From the NCBI GenBank assembly GCA_965200265.1, contig OZ241357.1, forward strand, positions 1,731,003 to 1,795,002: a stretch of DNA of 64,000 nt, given 5' to 3'. This DNA is from Alphaproteobacteria bacterium. GTDB lineage: Bacteria > Pseudomonadota > Alphaproteobacteria > UBA2966. The notes below the pieces were generated by a model. It was not told the origin of the DNA, ran no database searches, and saw nothing but the letters and a program-made list of their open reading frames with translations. A program made the translations under genes and the position numbers. Positions within the stretch are counted from its first letter, which is position 1; the number at the start of each line of letters is the position of its first letter. This document shows, piece by piece, positions 19,782 through 31,556 of this stretch.

Positions 19782-20561
19782 TCAGAACAGCGCCGGATTC
19801 AGCCCGCCGTCCAGCAGAATGCTCTGGGCCGTGATGTAGCCCGCCCTGTCGCCGCACAGGAACGCGCAGGCTTCGCCGAATTCCTCCGGCGCGCCGAACC
19901 GGCCGACCGGGATGCGCGCGATCCGGCGCTCCGCGGCCGCTTCCGGACTCACCCCCTCGCGCCTGGCGACGGCCTCGGTCGTGGCGCGAAGGCGATCGGT
20001 AAGGATCTCTCCGGGAAGCAGGTTGTTGATCGTCACGTTGTGCCGGGCGACTTCACGGGCGATGGTGCCGACCGCGCCCGTGAGGCCCGCCCTCGCGCCG
20101 TTCGACAGCACCAGGATGTCGACGGGCGCCTTCACGGAACCGGACGTGACGTTGACGATGCGGCCCCATCGGCGCGCGATCATGCCGTCGACCGTCGCCT
20201 GGATCAGGGCGATGGCCGTCAGCATGTTGGCGTCCAGCGCCGCGATCCAGTCCTCGCGCGTGAAATCCCGAAAGTTGCCGGGCGGCGGACCTCCGGCGTT
20301 GTTGATCAGGATGTCCGGCTCGGGACACGCGCCCAGCGCCGCCTCGCGCCCTTCCTCGGTCGTGACGTCGCCGACGACGGCCGTGACCTGCGCCGCCGTC
20401 GCGGCCCGGATCTCCGCGGCGGTCGCCTCGACGGTTTCCGGGGTGCGGCCGGTGACGGTCACGTCGACGCCTTCCCGCGCCAGCGAGAACGCGCAGGCCC
20501 TGCCGAGGCCGCGACTCGAGGCGCACACGAGCGCCTTCCTTCCCGCGATACCGAGATCCAT
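19782..20561 (-). CDS. SDR-family oxidoreductase (3-oxoacyl-ACP reductase-like)
   Basis: N-terminal GRKALVCASSRGLGRA (TGxxxGxG), the NNAG motif, and the classical SDR active-site region. Confidence 0.85.
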   Translation of the reverse strand: MDLGIAGRKALVCASSRGLGRACAFSLAREGVDVTVTGRTPETVEATAAEIRAATAAQVTAVVGDVTTEEGREAALGACPEPDILINNAGGPPPGNFRDFTREDWIAALDANMLTAIALIQATVDGMIARRWGRIVNVTSGSVKAPVDILVLSNGARAGLTGAVGTIAREVARHNVTINNLLPGEILTDRLRATTEAVARREGVSPEAAAERRIARIPVGRFGAPEEFGEACAFLCGDRAGYITAQSILLDGGLNPALF

Positions 20562-20563
20562 GC

Positions 20564-21244
20564 CTAATCTCCTTCCAGGTCCTGACGAAGGGCCAGTATC
20601 CGGCGCGCGAGCGGAACCGTTATCTCCCGCCGGTCGGCGAGCGAACGCGCGTCGAGCGCCGCGACGATATCACGGGCGGCGCGGAACGAACGCTCCATGT
20701 GGCGCACCAGATACGTCACGACCGCGTTTCCGACCCGCAGCTGCCGGTCGGCGAGCAGCTTGACCAGAACCGCCGCGAGCAGCGCGTCGTCCGGCGGCCC
20801 GACGGCGACCGCTCCCAGCGCGTTGACGCGGGAGCGAAGATCGGGCAGGTCCACGTCCCAGGACCGGGGCGGACGCCGGCTCGTCAGCAACAGGCTTCCG
20901 CCGCGCTCGACCGCGGCGTTGTAGGTATGGAGAAGGCCCCGCGCGTCGACGCCCGAATCGACGTCCTCGACGACCAGATCGGCGGGCCGCGCGTAGGCGC
21001 CCGCCGCCGTCACCGCGGACGCCGGCGCGACGCCGGCGCCGGAATGCGCCCGGAAGACGTGCGCCAGATGCGTCTTCCCGCACCCGGCGGGACCGTGCAC
21101 GACGAGCCCGCGGCCGGGCCAGCGGGGCCAGCGGTCGAGCCAGGCCACCGCGTCCGAGTTGCACGGGGCGACGAGGAAATCGTCCCGGCACAGGGCCGGC
21201 CGCCGGGCGAGGTCCAGGGCGAGCTGCGCCCCGGCCCGGCTCAA
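20564..21244 (-). CDS. hda: DnaA-regulatory inactivator Hda/HdaA (DnaA-related AAA+ protein)
   Basis: ...LVAPCNSDAVAWLDRWPRWPGRGLVVHGPAGCGKTHLAHVF... (Walker A), about 226 aa. The probable TTG start overlaps the upstream gene's stop (TTGA). Confidence 0.7.
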   Translation of the reverse strand: MSRAGAQLALDLARRPALCRDDFLVAPCNSDAVAWLDRWPRWPGRGLVVHGPAGCGKTHLAHVFRAHSGAGVAPASAVTAAGAYARPADLVVEDVDSGVDARGLLHTYNAAVERGGSLLLTSRRPPRSWDVDLPDLRSRVNALGAVAVGPPDDALLAAVLVKLLADRQLRVGNAVVTYLVRHMERSFRAARDIVAALDARSLADRREITVPLARRILALRQDLEGD

Positions 21245-22311
21245 GGCTCGCCCCGCTTCTCTTCCAGGAAATAACCGCTCCGGCGGTAGCGCTCGACCCA
21301 GAAGCGGACGAAGACCCCGATCACCGCGGCCGCGGGCACGGCCACGAGGATCCCGACGATCCCGAACAGGGCACCCCCCGCCATGAGCGCGAATATGACC
21401 CAGACCGGATGGAGCCCGATCCGTTCGCCGACGAGGCTGGGCGTCAGATAGAACCCGTCCAGGGTCTGTCCGATCACGAACACCAGGGCGACGAGACCCA
21501 GGGGCAGCGGATCGAACCCGAACTGCACCAGCGCCACGACGAACGCGGTTCCGAAACCGATGATGGCGCCGACGTAGGGTATGAACGCGAGCAATCCGGC
21601 GCCGAGGCCGATGAGCAGGCCGAACTCCAGCCCGACCAGCGACCATCCGACGGCGAAGATCACGCCCAGAACGAGGGCGACCGTGCCCTGGCCGCGAATG
21701 AAGCCCGACAGCGCCCGGTCGACGAGGCGCATCTGCTCGCGGATCGTCTCCAGGCTCCGCCGGGGCAGGAGGGCGTCGACCCGGGCGACGACACGGTCCC
21801 AATCGCGGATCAGGTAGAAGGCCACGACCGGCGTGATGAAGAGCAGCGAGAGGAAGTTGAAGAGAACGATCCCTCCGCGCCAGATGCCCGCCAGCGCCGC
21901 GATCCAGGCGGCCGACCCTTCCGCCAGCCTCGTCACGATGCCCCGCGCCTTTTCGAGGTCGGCGGCGTCCAGACCGGGAATCCGGCCCTCCAGAACGAGA
22001 AGGGCCAGCTTGCGAATCCGTTCCGCGTACTCGGGGAGCCGCTCCAGAAAGCCCGTGGTCTGGGCCTCCAGCGGCGGAAACAGGACGAGGATGGACAGGA
22101 TCGCGAGCACGAAGAACCCGCCGACGATCGTCGTCGTCGCGAGCGTCCGCGAAAGGCCGGCCGCCTCCAGGCGATCCGCCGCCGGGTCGAGCAGATAGGC
22201 GATCGCGAACCCGACGACGAACGGCAGCAGAATGGTCCGCAGGAGATAGAGGAGAAGCACGGCCACGGCGATTCCCGCAGCCCAGACGAGGAGTCGGTCG
22301 TACCGGATCAT
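21241..22311 (-). CDS. AI-2E family transporter (PerM/YdiK, UPF0118) membrane protein
   Basis: 356 aa, 8 predicted TM segments, characteristic AI-2E topology. Confidence 0.8.
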   Translation of the reverse strand: MIRYDRLLVWAAGIAVAVLLLYLLRTILLPFVVGFAIAYLLDPAADRLEAAGLSRTLATTTIVGGFFVLAILSILVLFPPLEAQTTGFLERLPEYAERIRKLALLVLEGRIPGLDAADLEKARGIVTRLAEGSAAWIAALAGIWRGGIVLFNFLSLLFITPVVAFYLIRDWDRVVARVDALLPRRSLETIREQMRLVDRALSGFIRGQGTVALVLGVIFAVGWSLVGLEFGLLIGLGAGLLAFIPYVGAIIGFGTAFVVALVQFGFDPLPLGLVALVFVIGQTLDGFYLTPSLVGERIGLHPVWVIFALMAGGALFGIVGILVAVPAAAVIGVFVRFWVERYRRSGYFLEEKRGEP

Positions 22312-22850
22312 CGAGCCCGCTCCATGCCGCTGTCCCGGACCCAGTTGACCAGGTATCGGGCGCCCGACAGGGCGGTGGTCGCCGCGACGGCGTATATCAG
22401 CACCGTGGCCAGCACCTCCAGCCCCACCCGGAACGCGACGTCCCCCAGCACCGTCGCCGCCAGGGAAATCTGCAGGACCGTGTTGATCTTGCTGATGAAC
22501 AGGGGCGTCGGCCGCATGGGTTGGGACATGGTGTACGCGAGCAACGCCCCGCCGACGATCAGGAGGTCGCGGGACACCACGAGGATGACCAGCCAGACGG
22601 GCAGGATCTCCTGATAGCCGAGCGTGATGTATATCGACACGAGGAGCGTCTTGTCGGCGATGGGGTCGAGAAACCTGCCGATTTCGGTATCCATCCCGAA
22701 CTGCTTGGCGAGGTAGCCGTCGACGGCGTCGGACACCCCGGCGAGCACGAAGACCACGAACGCGCCGACGTATGCTTCCTGCAACAGCAGCCAGACGATG
22801 ACGGGAACGGCGAGGAGGCGTCCCAGGGACAGGGCGTTCGGGAGATTCAC
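22308..22850 (-). CDS. pgsA: CDP-diacylglycerol--glycerol-3-phosphate 3-phosphatidyltransferase
   Basis: NLPNALSLGRLLAVPVIVWLL...GAFVVFVLAGVSDAVDGYLAKQFGMDTEIGRFLDPIADK is the CDP-alcohol phosphatidyltransferase motif D-G-x2-A-R-x8-G-x3-D-x3-D. GTG start at 22850 overlaps the upstream stop (GTGA). Confidence 0.85.
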   Translation of the reverse strand: MNLPNALSLGRLLAVPVIVWLLLQEAYVGAFVVFVLAGVSDAVDGYLAKQFGMDTEIGRFLDPIADKTLLVSIYITLGYQEILPVWLVILVVSRDLLIVGGALLAYTMSQPMRPTPLFISKINTVLQISLAATVLGDVAFRVGLEVLATVLIYAVAATTALSGARYLVNWVRDSGMERAR

Positions 22851-24015
22851 TTGCCCGCGGCCCGCCTCTCGCCGGCCGTCGCGTCCGGCCTCCCGCGCGC
22901 GCGCAGGACCCAGGACCCGTTCTCCTCCACCAGATCGAGGTCGCGCTGCGCGAGGGCCACGGCCAGCTGCCGCGTCGATCCGAAATGGCGCAGCACCACC
23001 CGCGCCGCCTCCCGGTTTATCTCGACCATCTCCACCCCGCCGACCTCGGGCGCCAGGGACAGCCGGGATCGAACCTCCGTCCAGTCGGCGAGGCCCGAGA
23101 GCGGCACGCTCGCGTCGAGCACGCCCTCGTCCTCGAAGCGCAGGAGCATCAGGTGCTTCCAGTCGTCCTCGATCCGCGACGCGGCCTCGTCGGCGGCCCT
23201 CTTCAGGAGCGCGTCGACCATCGTCCGGGACGCGCCGCGGAAGCTCCCCACCGGCGTCGATCCGCTCTCCGATCCGTGCCGATGCAGGGTGACGGAAAGG
23301 CGCGGAACGCCGGTGGCGAGATCGTGGCGCAGGACGGCGTGGGCGACCAGCACGTCCGCGACCCCGTATCTCCGCGCGACCGCCGCCAGCGCCGTTTCGT
23401 CGCCGGCGACGGCCTGCTCCGCGCCGATGGCCGCGACGTCGGCCAGGTCGCCGAACGGCATGACGAACGGCACCGCCGATTCCACTTCCGCCCGCGTCCG
23501 CCAGGCCGCCCGCCAGGGATTCGGGTCGTCCCACAGGTTGCGGGCACCGGCCGCCTCGTACACCGGCAACACGAGCAGCGGCTTGCCCGGCGTCTCGCCG
23601 AACGGAATCCCGCTCCCCCGAAGCAGGGTCCTGACCCGATCCCTCCTGAAGCTCACCGTCAGGCCGGCCAGATACCGGTTCGGCGAGGTCTTTTCCCCCT
23701 CGATCTCGATTCCCCGGACCAGCTCGGCGATCGCGGCGTCCTCGAGCCTCGGTATCCGCGGATAATACGCACGCGAGGTGAGGCGGCGAATCAGGCGGTC
23801 CAGGGCCTCCCGCTGTCCCGACGCGAGGGCGATCCCGCGCGCCGCGATGGCCGTCTCCGCGACCGCGTCGACGCGGATGCCGGCGACGGAATAGAAGTCG
23901 GCGGACCGCGCCCGGGCCGTCGGATCCTCGGCGAAGGCGGCCACGTGCGGAACCATGCAGAGGACCATGCAGACAGGGGCGATTCGAATCGCCCCGCCGC
24001 CCACGGCGGGGATCA
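22847..24015 (-). CDS. DUF2066-family secreted protein (conserved alphaproteobacterial partner of pgsA)
   Basis: About 390 aa. With start 24015 the N-terminus MIPAVGGGAIRIAPVCMVLCMVPHVAAFA/EDP reads as a Sec signal peptide. Alternative starts at 23960 or 23948 would place the 20-bp palindrome in the 5' UTR. The track start 24118 is probably too long. Confidence 0.5.
23968..23987. promoter_or_regulatory. 20-bp perfect palindrome GGGGCGATTCGAATCGCCCC upstream of purM (candidate operator)
   Basis: Read directly. It lies 50-70 bp upstream of the purM ATG in the divergent DUF2066/purM control region. Confidence 0.4.
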
Positions 24016-24037
24016 TTGCAAACGGGCCCGGATTCGC

Positions 24038-25166
24038 TATGTTCGACGGACGCCGCGGCAGAATACCTGGGATCGAGGCCGCCATCAACAAGAACGCCCG
24101 GACCCCGGCCCCTTCCACGAACGCCTACCGCGCCGCCGGCGTCGACGTCGATGCCGGCGACCGGTTCGTGCGCGGGATCGCGCCTCTCGCCGCGGCCACG
24201 CGAAGGCCCGGCGGCGACGCCGAAATCGGCGGTTTCGGGGCCTTCTTCGACCTCGGGAGCGCCGGCTACGAGGATCCGATCCTCGTCGCCGCGACGGACG
24301 GCGTCGGCACGAAGCTGCTGATCGCGCGCGACGTCGGCCGGCATCGCGCGGTGGGCCGGGACGTGGTCGCCATGTGCGTGAACGACCTCGTCGTCCACGG
24401 CGCCGAGCCGCTCTTCTTCCTGGACTATCTGGCGATGGGAGAGCTCGACGCGGTCGCCGGGAAAGCCGTCGTCGAGGGCATCGCGGACGCCTGCGTCGAA
24501 GCCGGCTGCGCCCTCGCCGGGGGCGAAACGGCCGAACTGCCCGGCCTCTACCCGCCGTCCGGGTACGACCTGGCGGGGTTCGCCGTCGGCGCGGTCGAAC
24601 GCGGGATGCTGGTCACCGGCGAACACGTGCGGCCCGGCGACGCCGTTCTCGGTCTCGCCTCGAACGGGCTCCACTCGAACGGGTTTTCCCTCGTCAGATC
24701 GATCGTTTCCCGGCTGTCCCTGAGCTACGCCGATCCCGCGCCCTTCGAACCCGGACGGCCTCTCGGGCGCGCGCTCCTCGAACCCACGCGGCTCTACGTC
24801 GGCTCCTGTCTCGCCGCGGCCCGGTCGCGCCTCGTCCATGCCCTGGCGCACGTCACCGGGGGCGGGCTGGCCGGCAATCTCGCCCGCGTGCTGCCCGGCG
24901 ACGTCCGCGCCGAGATCGACGCCGCGTCGTGGCCCGTGCCGCCGGTGTTCCGGTGGCTCGTGAACGAGGGCGGCGTGCCGCCGGACGACGCCCTCCGAAC
25001 CTTCAACATGGGCATCGGCATGGCCGTCGTCGCCGCCGCCGGACGCGCGGAGGAAACCATCCGGCTCCTCGCCGACCGGGGCGAAACGGTCTTCCGAATC
25101 GGCGCCGTCGCGGACAGGACGGGAGAAGGCCCGAGCGTCGCGATCGAGGGAGACCTCGGATTGTGA
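24038..25166 (+). CDS. purM: Phosphoribosylformylglycinamidine cyclo-ligase (AIR synthetase)
   Basis: AYRAAGVDVDAGDRFV..., ATDGVGTKLLIA, LASNGLHSNGFSL. Confidence 0.9.
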
Positions 25167-25816
25167 CCCTGCGGGTCGGAGTCCTGATCTCGGGGCGCGG
25201 CGCCAACCTCCAGGCGCTGATCGACGCCTGCGCGGCGCCGGCGTATCCCGCCGAGATCGCGGTCGTGATCTCGAACGAGCCCGAGGCCAGGGGCCTGACG
25301 CGCGCGCGCGACGCAGGGATCCCGGCGGAGATCGTCGAGCATCGCGCGTTCGCGGACCGGTCGGCGTTCGAGGACGCGCTCACCGGCGCCCTCCGGCGCG
25401 CCGGCGTCGAACTGGTGTGCGCCGCCGGCTTCATGCGCGTCCTGACCGGGACCTTCCTCGACGTCTGGCGCGACCGCGTCGTCAACGTCCACCCGTCCCT
25501 GTTGCCCGCGTTCAGAGGCTTGGGAACCCACGAACGGGCCATCCGGGCGGGGGTCCGGTTCAGCGGCTGCACGGTCCATTTCATCCGCGCCGACCTGGAC
25601 GCGGGACCCGTCATCGTTCAGTCCGCCGTACCGGTGCTTCCGTCCGACACCCCCGACGACCTCGCCGCGCGCGTGCTCGAAAGCGAGCGCCGGTGCCTGC
25701 CCCTGGCCGTGCGCTGGATCGCCGAGGGACGGGTGCGCGTCGTCGACGAAATCGTCCACGTCGACGGCGCCGGCGGCCCCGCGGGCGCGTCGATCAACCC
25801 CCCGGACGCGCGCTAA
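25165..25816 (+). CDS. purN: Phosphoribosylglycinamide formyltransferase
   Basis: [20 protein letters not shown]..., [12 protein letters not shown]..., [18 protein letters not shown] start overlaps the purM stop. Confidence 0.9.
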
Positions 25817-26235
25817 CCGACGATCTCCTCTTCCCCGAAGAAGAAGGCGATCTCGTCCGCCGCCGTGCCCGGCGAGTCCGAACCGTGCACGCTGTTGGCT
25901 TCGATGGACTCGGCGAATTGCGCGCGGATCGTGCCGGGCGCGGCTTCCTCGGGGTTCGTCGCGCCCATGACGTCCCGGTTGCGCCGGATCGCGTCGTCGC
26001 CTTCCAGAACCTGAACCACGACCGGTCCCGACGTCATGAAGGCGCACAGCGCGTCGAAGAAGGGGCGCTCCCGGTGAACGGCGTAGAATCCCTCGGCGCG
26101 CTCCCGCGTGAGCCGGATCCGCTTCTGGGCGACGATGCACAGCCCGGCCCCCTCGAACTCGGCGTTGATGCGGCCCGTCAGATTGCGCCGGGTCGCGTCG
26201 GGCTTGATGATGGAAAGGGTGCGCTCGAGCGCCAT
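25813..26235 (-). CDS. ndk: Nucleoside diphosphate kinase
   Basis: [14 protein letters not shown]...NSVHGSDS (active-site His). Confidence 0.95.
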   Translation of the reverse strand: MALERTLSIIKPDATRRNLTGRINAEFEGAGLCIVAQKRIRLTRERAEGFYAVHRERPFFDALCAFMTSGPVVVQVLEGDDAIRRNRDVMGATNPEEAAPGTIRAQFAESIEANSVHGSDSPGTAADEIAFFFGEEEIVG

Positions 26236-26313
26236 GAACGGCCGTCCTGTCGAAGCGGCGAATGGCGCGCCTTATAGCCGGAGCCCGGCGGCGCCGCAAC
26301 CGGCCCTGGGAGC

Positions 26314-26393
26314 GCCGGTGGCCGGTGATCAGTGACCGGTGGCCAGTTGCCAGTTGCCAGCACCGATCACCGGCCACTGGCCACTGGCCACTG
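26314..26393. repeat. REP-like 7-mer-array hairpin element
   Basis: gccggtggccggtgatcagtgaccggtggccagttgccagttgccagcaccgatcaccggccactggccactggccactg, located between the gcvP 3' end and the ndk 5' end. Confidence 0.7.
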
Positions 26394-26411
26394 AAAGCCC
26401 GGCGCTCCCGG

Positions 26412-29309
<2,898 letters not shown>

Positions 29310-29338
29310 CTTCCTTCTCCCTCGCAGGCGAACGCGCG

Positions 29339-29728
29339 TCACGGCCCGGATCGGTCCGGGTCCTTCACGAACGCCGCGTACTGGTCCGCGTCCATCAGCC
29401 CGTCGAGCTCGCCGGGGTCGCTGATCCTGATCTTGACGAACCAGCCGCTTCCCTCGGCGTCCCGGTTGACCTGCGCCGGGTCGTCGCCGAGGGCCTCGTT
29501 GACCTCGACGATCTCGCCGCTCACGGGGGCGTAGACCTCGCTGGCGGCCTTGACCGACTCCACGACCGCCGCCTCGGCGCCCTTCGAGACCGACTCGCCG
29601 ATTCCGGGAAGGTCGACGTAGACCACGTCGCCGAGTTGCTCCTGCGCGTAATCGCTGACCCCGACGGTCGCCACCTCGCCCTCGAGGCGGATCCATTCGT
29701 GGTCCCTGGTGTATCTGAGATCGCTCAT
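29339..29728 (-). CDS. gcvH: Glycine cleavage system H protein (lipoyl carrier)
   Basis: [41 protein letters not shown]...[21 protein letters not shown], with the lipoyl-Lys present. Confidence 0.95.
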   Translation of the reverse strand: MSDLRYTRDHEWIRLEGEVATVGVSDYAQEQLGDVVYVDLPGIGESVSKGAEAAVVESVKAASEVYAPVSGEIVEVNEALGDDPAQVNRDAEGSGWFVKIRISDPGELDGLMDADQYAAFVKDPDRSGP

Positions 29729-29884
29729 CGTCCGTTTCTCCCGTATCCGTGGCGCGCCGGGCCGCCGCCGACCGGAACCCGCGCGGCGGCAGCGCCCGAC
29801 CGCCGGCGCGCGGACCTCTCCAGACGCCGCGCGGCGTCCGCCCATCGGTCGCACATGCGTTGACGTTCAAGGAAGGAGTCTCTC

Positions 29885-30140
29885 ATGGCGACCTCGCGAC
29901 AGGGCTCTCCGCCGATGCAGCGGAGCCTGCCCCCTCTGTCGCTGGACCTGAGAGATTGACCGGCGCGCATCGGGCCACGCGGACCCTGCCGGTTTTCCCC
30001 TTCGGTGGAAGCCGCGCCGGCATCCGCCGCGACTCCGCTTTCCAGAGCGCCGTCCCCCCGCGGTCCTTTCGCCTGAGAGTTTCCGGGGCGGTTGCTCCTT
30101 CGGCGCCGGCTCCCGGAGGAACCGGCCTCTCCCGCGGGGA
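29885..30140 (-). ncRNA. Glycine riboswitch (tandem aptamers) in the gcvH-gcvP leader
   Basis: Reverse complement reads ...CGGGAGAGgccggttcctccgggagccggcgCCGAAGGAGCAAccgccccggaaaCTCTCAGGCGAAAGGACcg (aptamer 1), then CTCTGGAAAGcgg...CCACCGAAGGGGAAAAccgg...CTCTCAGGtccagcGACAGAGG (aptamer 2). This matches the conserved glycine-riboswitch cores. Confidence 0.8.
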
Positions 30141-30228
30141 TCGTCCGGCTGTAGCCGCGATGATAGGCGGCGCCCAGCCCCTGTCAACCGCCGGACGCGG
30201 CGGCCGGGGCCACCCTCGTCACCGGCCG

Positions 30229-31421
30229 CCTTCAACGTCACCTCGGCGCTGGGCCGAGGGATATGACGATCACACGCTTGTTGCCCGGCGATACGACGCC
30301 CTTCAACGTCACCTCGGCACTTGGCCGAGGGATACCGGGCTCAACTGCCACACCCCCATCCACATCCCCTCCCTTCAACGTCACCTCGGCGCTCGGCCGA
30401 GGGATACAACGCACGGGCGCGCCCGGCGATATCGGACGCCATCCTTCAACGTCACCTCGGCGCTTGGCCGAGGGATATTCGGTAGCGGCGCGTGCCGTCG
30501 CCCAGGACTTCGGCCCTTCAACGTCACCTCGGCGTTTGGCCGAGGGATACGCAGGTCGATGCCCGGATCGATGCGGCGATTCCGGCCCTTCAACGTCACC
30601 TCGGCGCTTGGCCGAGGGATACGCGGGCGGCGGGGTGGCCGCCGAGATCGTCGTCGACCTCCTTCAACGTCACCTCGGCGCTTGGCCGAGGGATACGACT
30701 CGACGCTAGCGGACGTCGCCTGCGCCGACGGCCTTCAACGTCACCTCGGCGCTGGGCCGAGGGATACCGTTCGAGGCCGCCCGGTCCGGGTCCGGGTACA
30801 GCGCCCTTCAACGTCACCTCGGCGCTGGGCCGAGGGATACCGCCCACCGGCCCGAAGAACGACGCCGCCAGCGCGACCCTTCAACGTCACCTCGGCGCTT
30901 GGCCGAGGGATACTCACCGCGCAGTCGCCGATCGAGGCGGCGGAGATCAGCCTTCAACGTCACCTCGGCGCTTGGCCGAGGGATACGCAGCGCCGGGTGC
31001 GTGATCTCGACCCCCGACAGGACCTTCAACGTCACCTCGGCGCTGGGCCGAGGGATACCCGGGCCTTGTCGTTCAGCGCCGCGTGCCACTCGAACCTTCA
31101 ACGTCACCTCGGCGCTGGGCCGAGGGATACCGCGCAGGCGCTGGCGATCGGCGACGTCGTGCCCCACCCTTCAACGTCACCTCGGCGCTGGGCCGAGGGA
31201 TACGCCCTCGTTGATCGCCTCGCGCTTGTCGGCGCGGGCGTCCTTCAACGTCACCTCGGCGCTGGGCCGAGGGATACTGTCGTCCGTGTGACGCGGTGGC
31301 GGCGCAGGCCGGACCTTCAACGTCACCTCGGCGCTGGGCCGAGGGATACCCCGTCGACACCGGCCTCCTCCAGCGCCTTGAGCGCCCTTCAACGTCACCT
31401 CGGCGCTGGGCCGAGGGATAC
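30229..31421 (-). CRISPR. CRISPR array of 17 repeats and 16 spacers. 36-bp repeat GTATCCCTCGGCCCAGCGCCGAGGTGACGTTGAAGG (transcribed strand), spacers 35-39 bp.
   Basis: Plus-strand repeat CCTTCAACGTCACCTCGGCGCTGGGCCGAGGGATAC, period 71-73 bp. Internal 7-bp stem CCTCGGC/GCCGAGG with single-base loop polymorphism (ctGggcc / ctTggcc / ctCggcc / ttTggcc). The 5'...TTGAAGG 3' end and the adjacent minus-strand cas genes fix the transcription direction. Confidence 0.95.
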
Positions 31422-31556
31422 GGCGGCCTCGCGGGCCGTTGATTCGAGACGGATATTTCCCCTGATTTCGAGAGCCTCCCCGTTCCTCGCGTTTCACGCT
31501 TTCCGCGGGATCGGCCGCGAGCGCGCAAGCCGTTGATCCGACGCCCGGTTTCGCGA
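31422..31556 (-). promoter_or_regulatory. CRISPR leader
   Basis: 135-bp non-coding, comparatively AT-richer segment between the csb2 stop and the first repeat (...gattcgagacggatatttcccctgatttcgagag...). Confidence 0.6.

Noticed and set aside
19178-19839. Overlapping ORFs on both strands encoding CKVCNSTHRVRPPYGVQGV... repeats
   Set aside because: Translations of the GTGTGCAA tandem-repeat array. Every frame is open and repetitive, with no start context.
22308-24851. 847-aa minus ORF and 943-aa plus ORF (22985..25816) spanning pgsA, DUF2066, purM and purN
   Set aside because: Chimeric read-through frames. The real genes are the shorter in-frame segments with PgsA, PurM and PurN signatures.
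29725-30241. Small ORFs 29725..29970 (-), 29709..29951 (+) and 29867..30241 (-) upstream of gcvH
   Set aside because: They overlap the glycine riboswitch aptamers. The region is structured RNA, not coding.
30263-31528. ORFs 30263..30709, 30492..31004, 30899..31291 (+) and 30381..31528 (-) with repeated peptide ...FNVTSALGRGI... or ...IPRPSAEVTLK...
   Set aside because: These are translations of the CRISPR repeats. Periodic identical peptides separated by variable spacers give it away.
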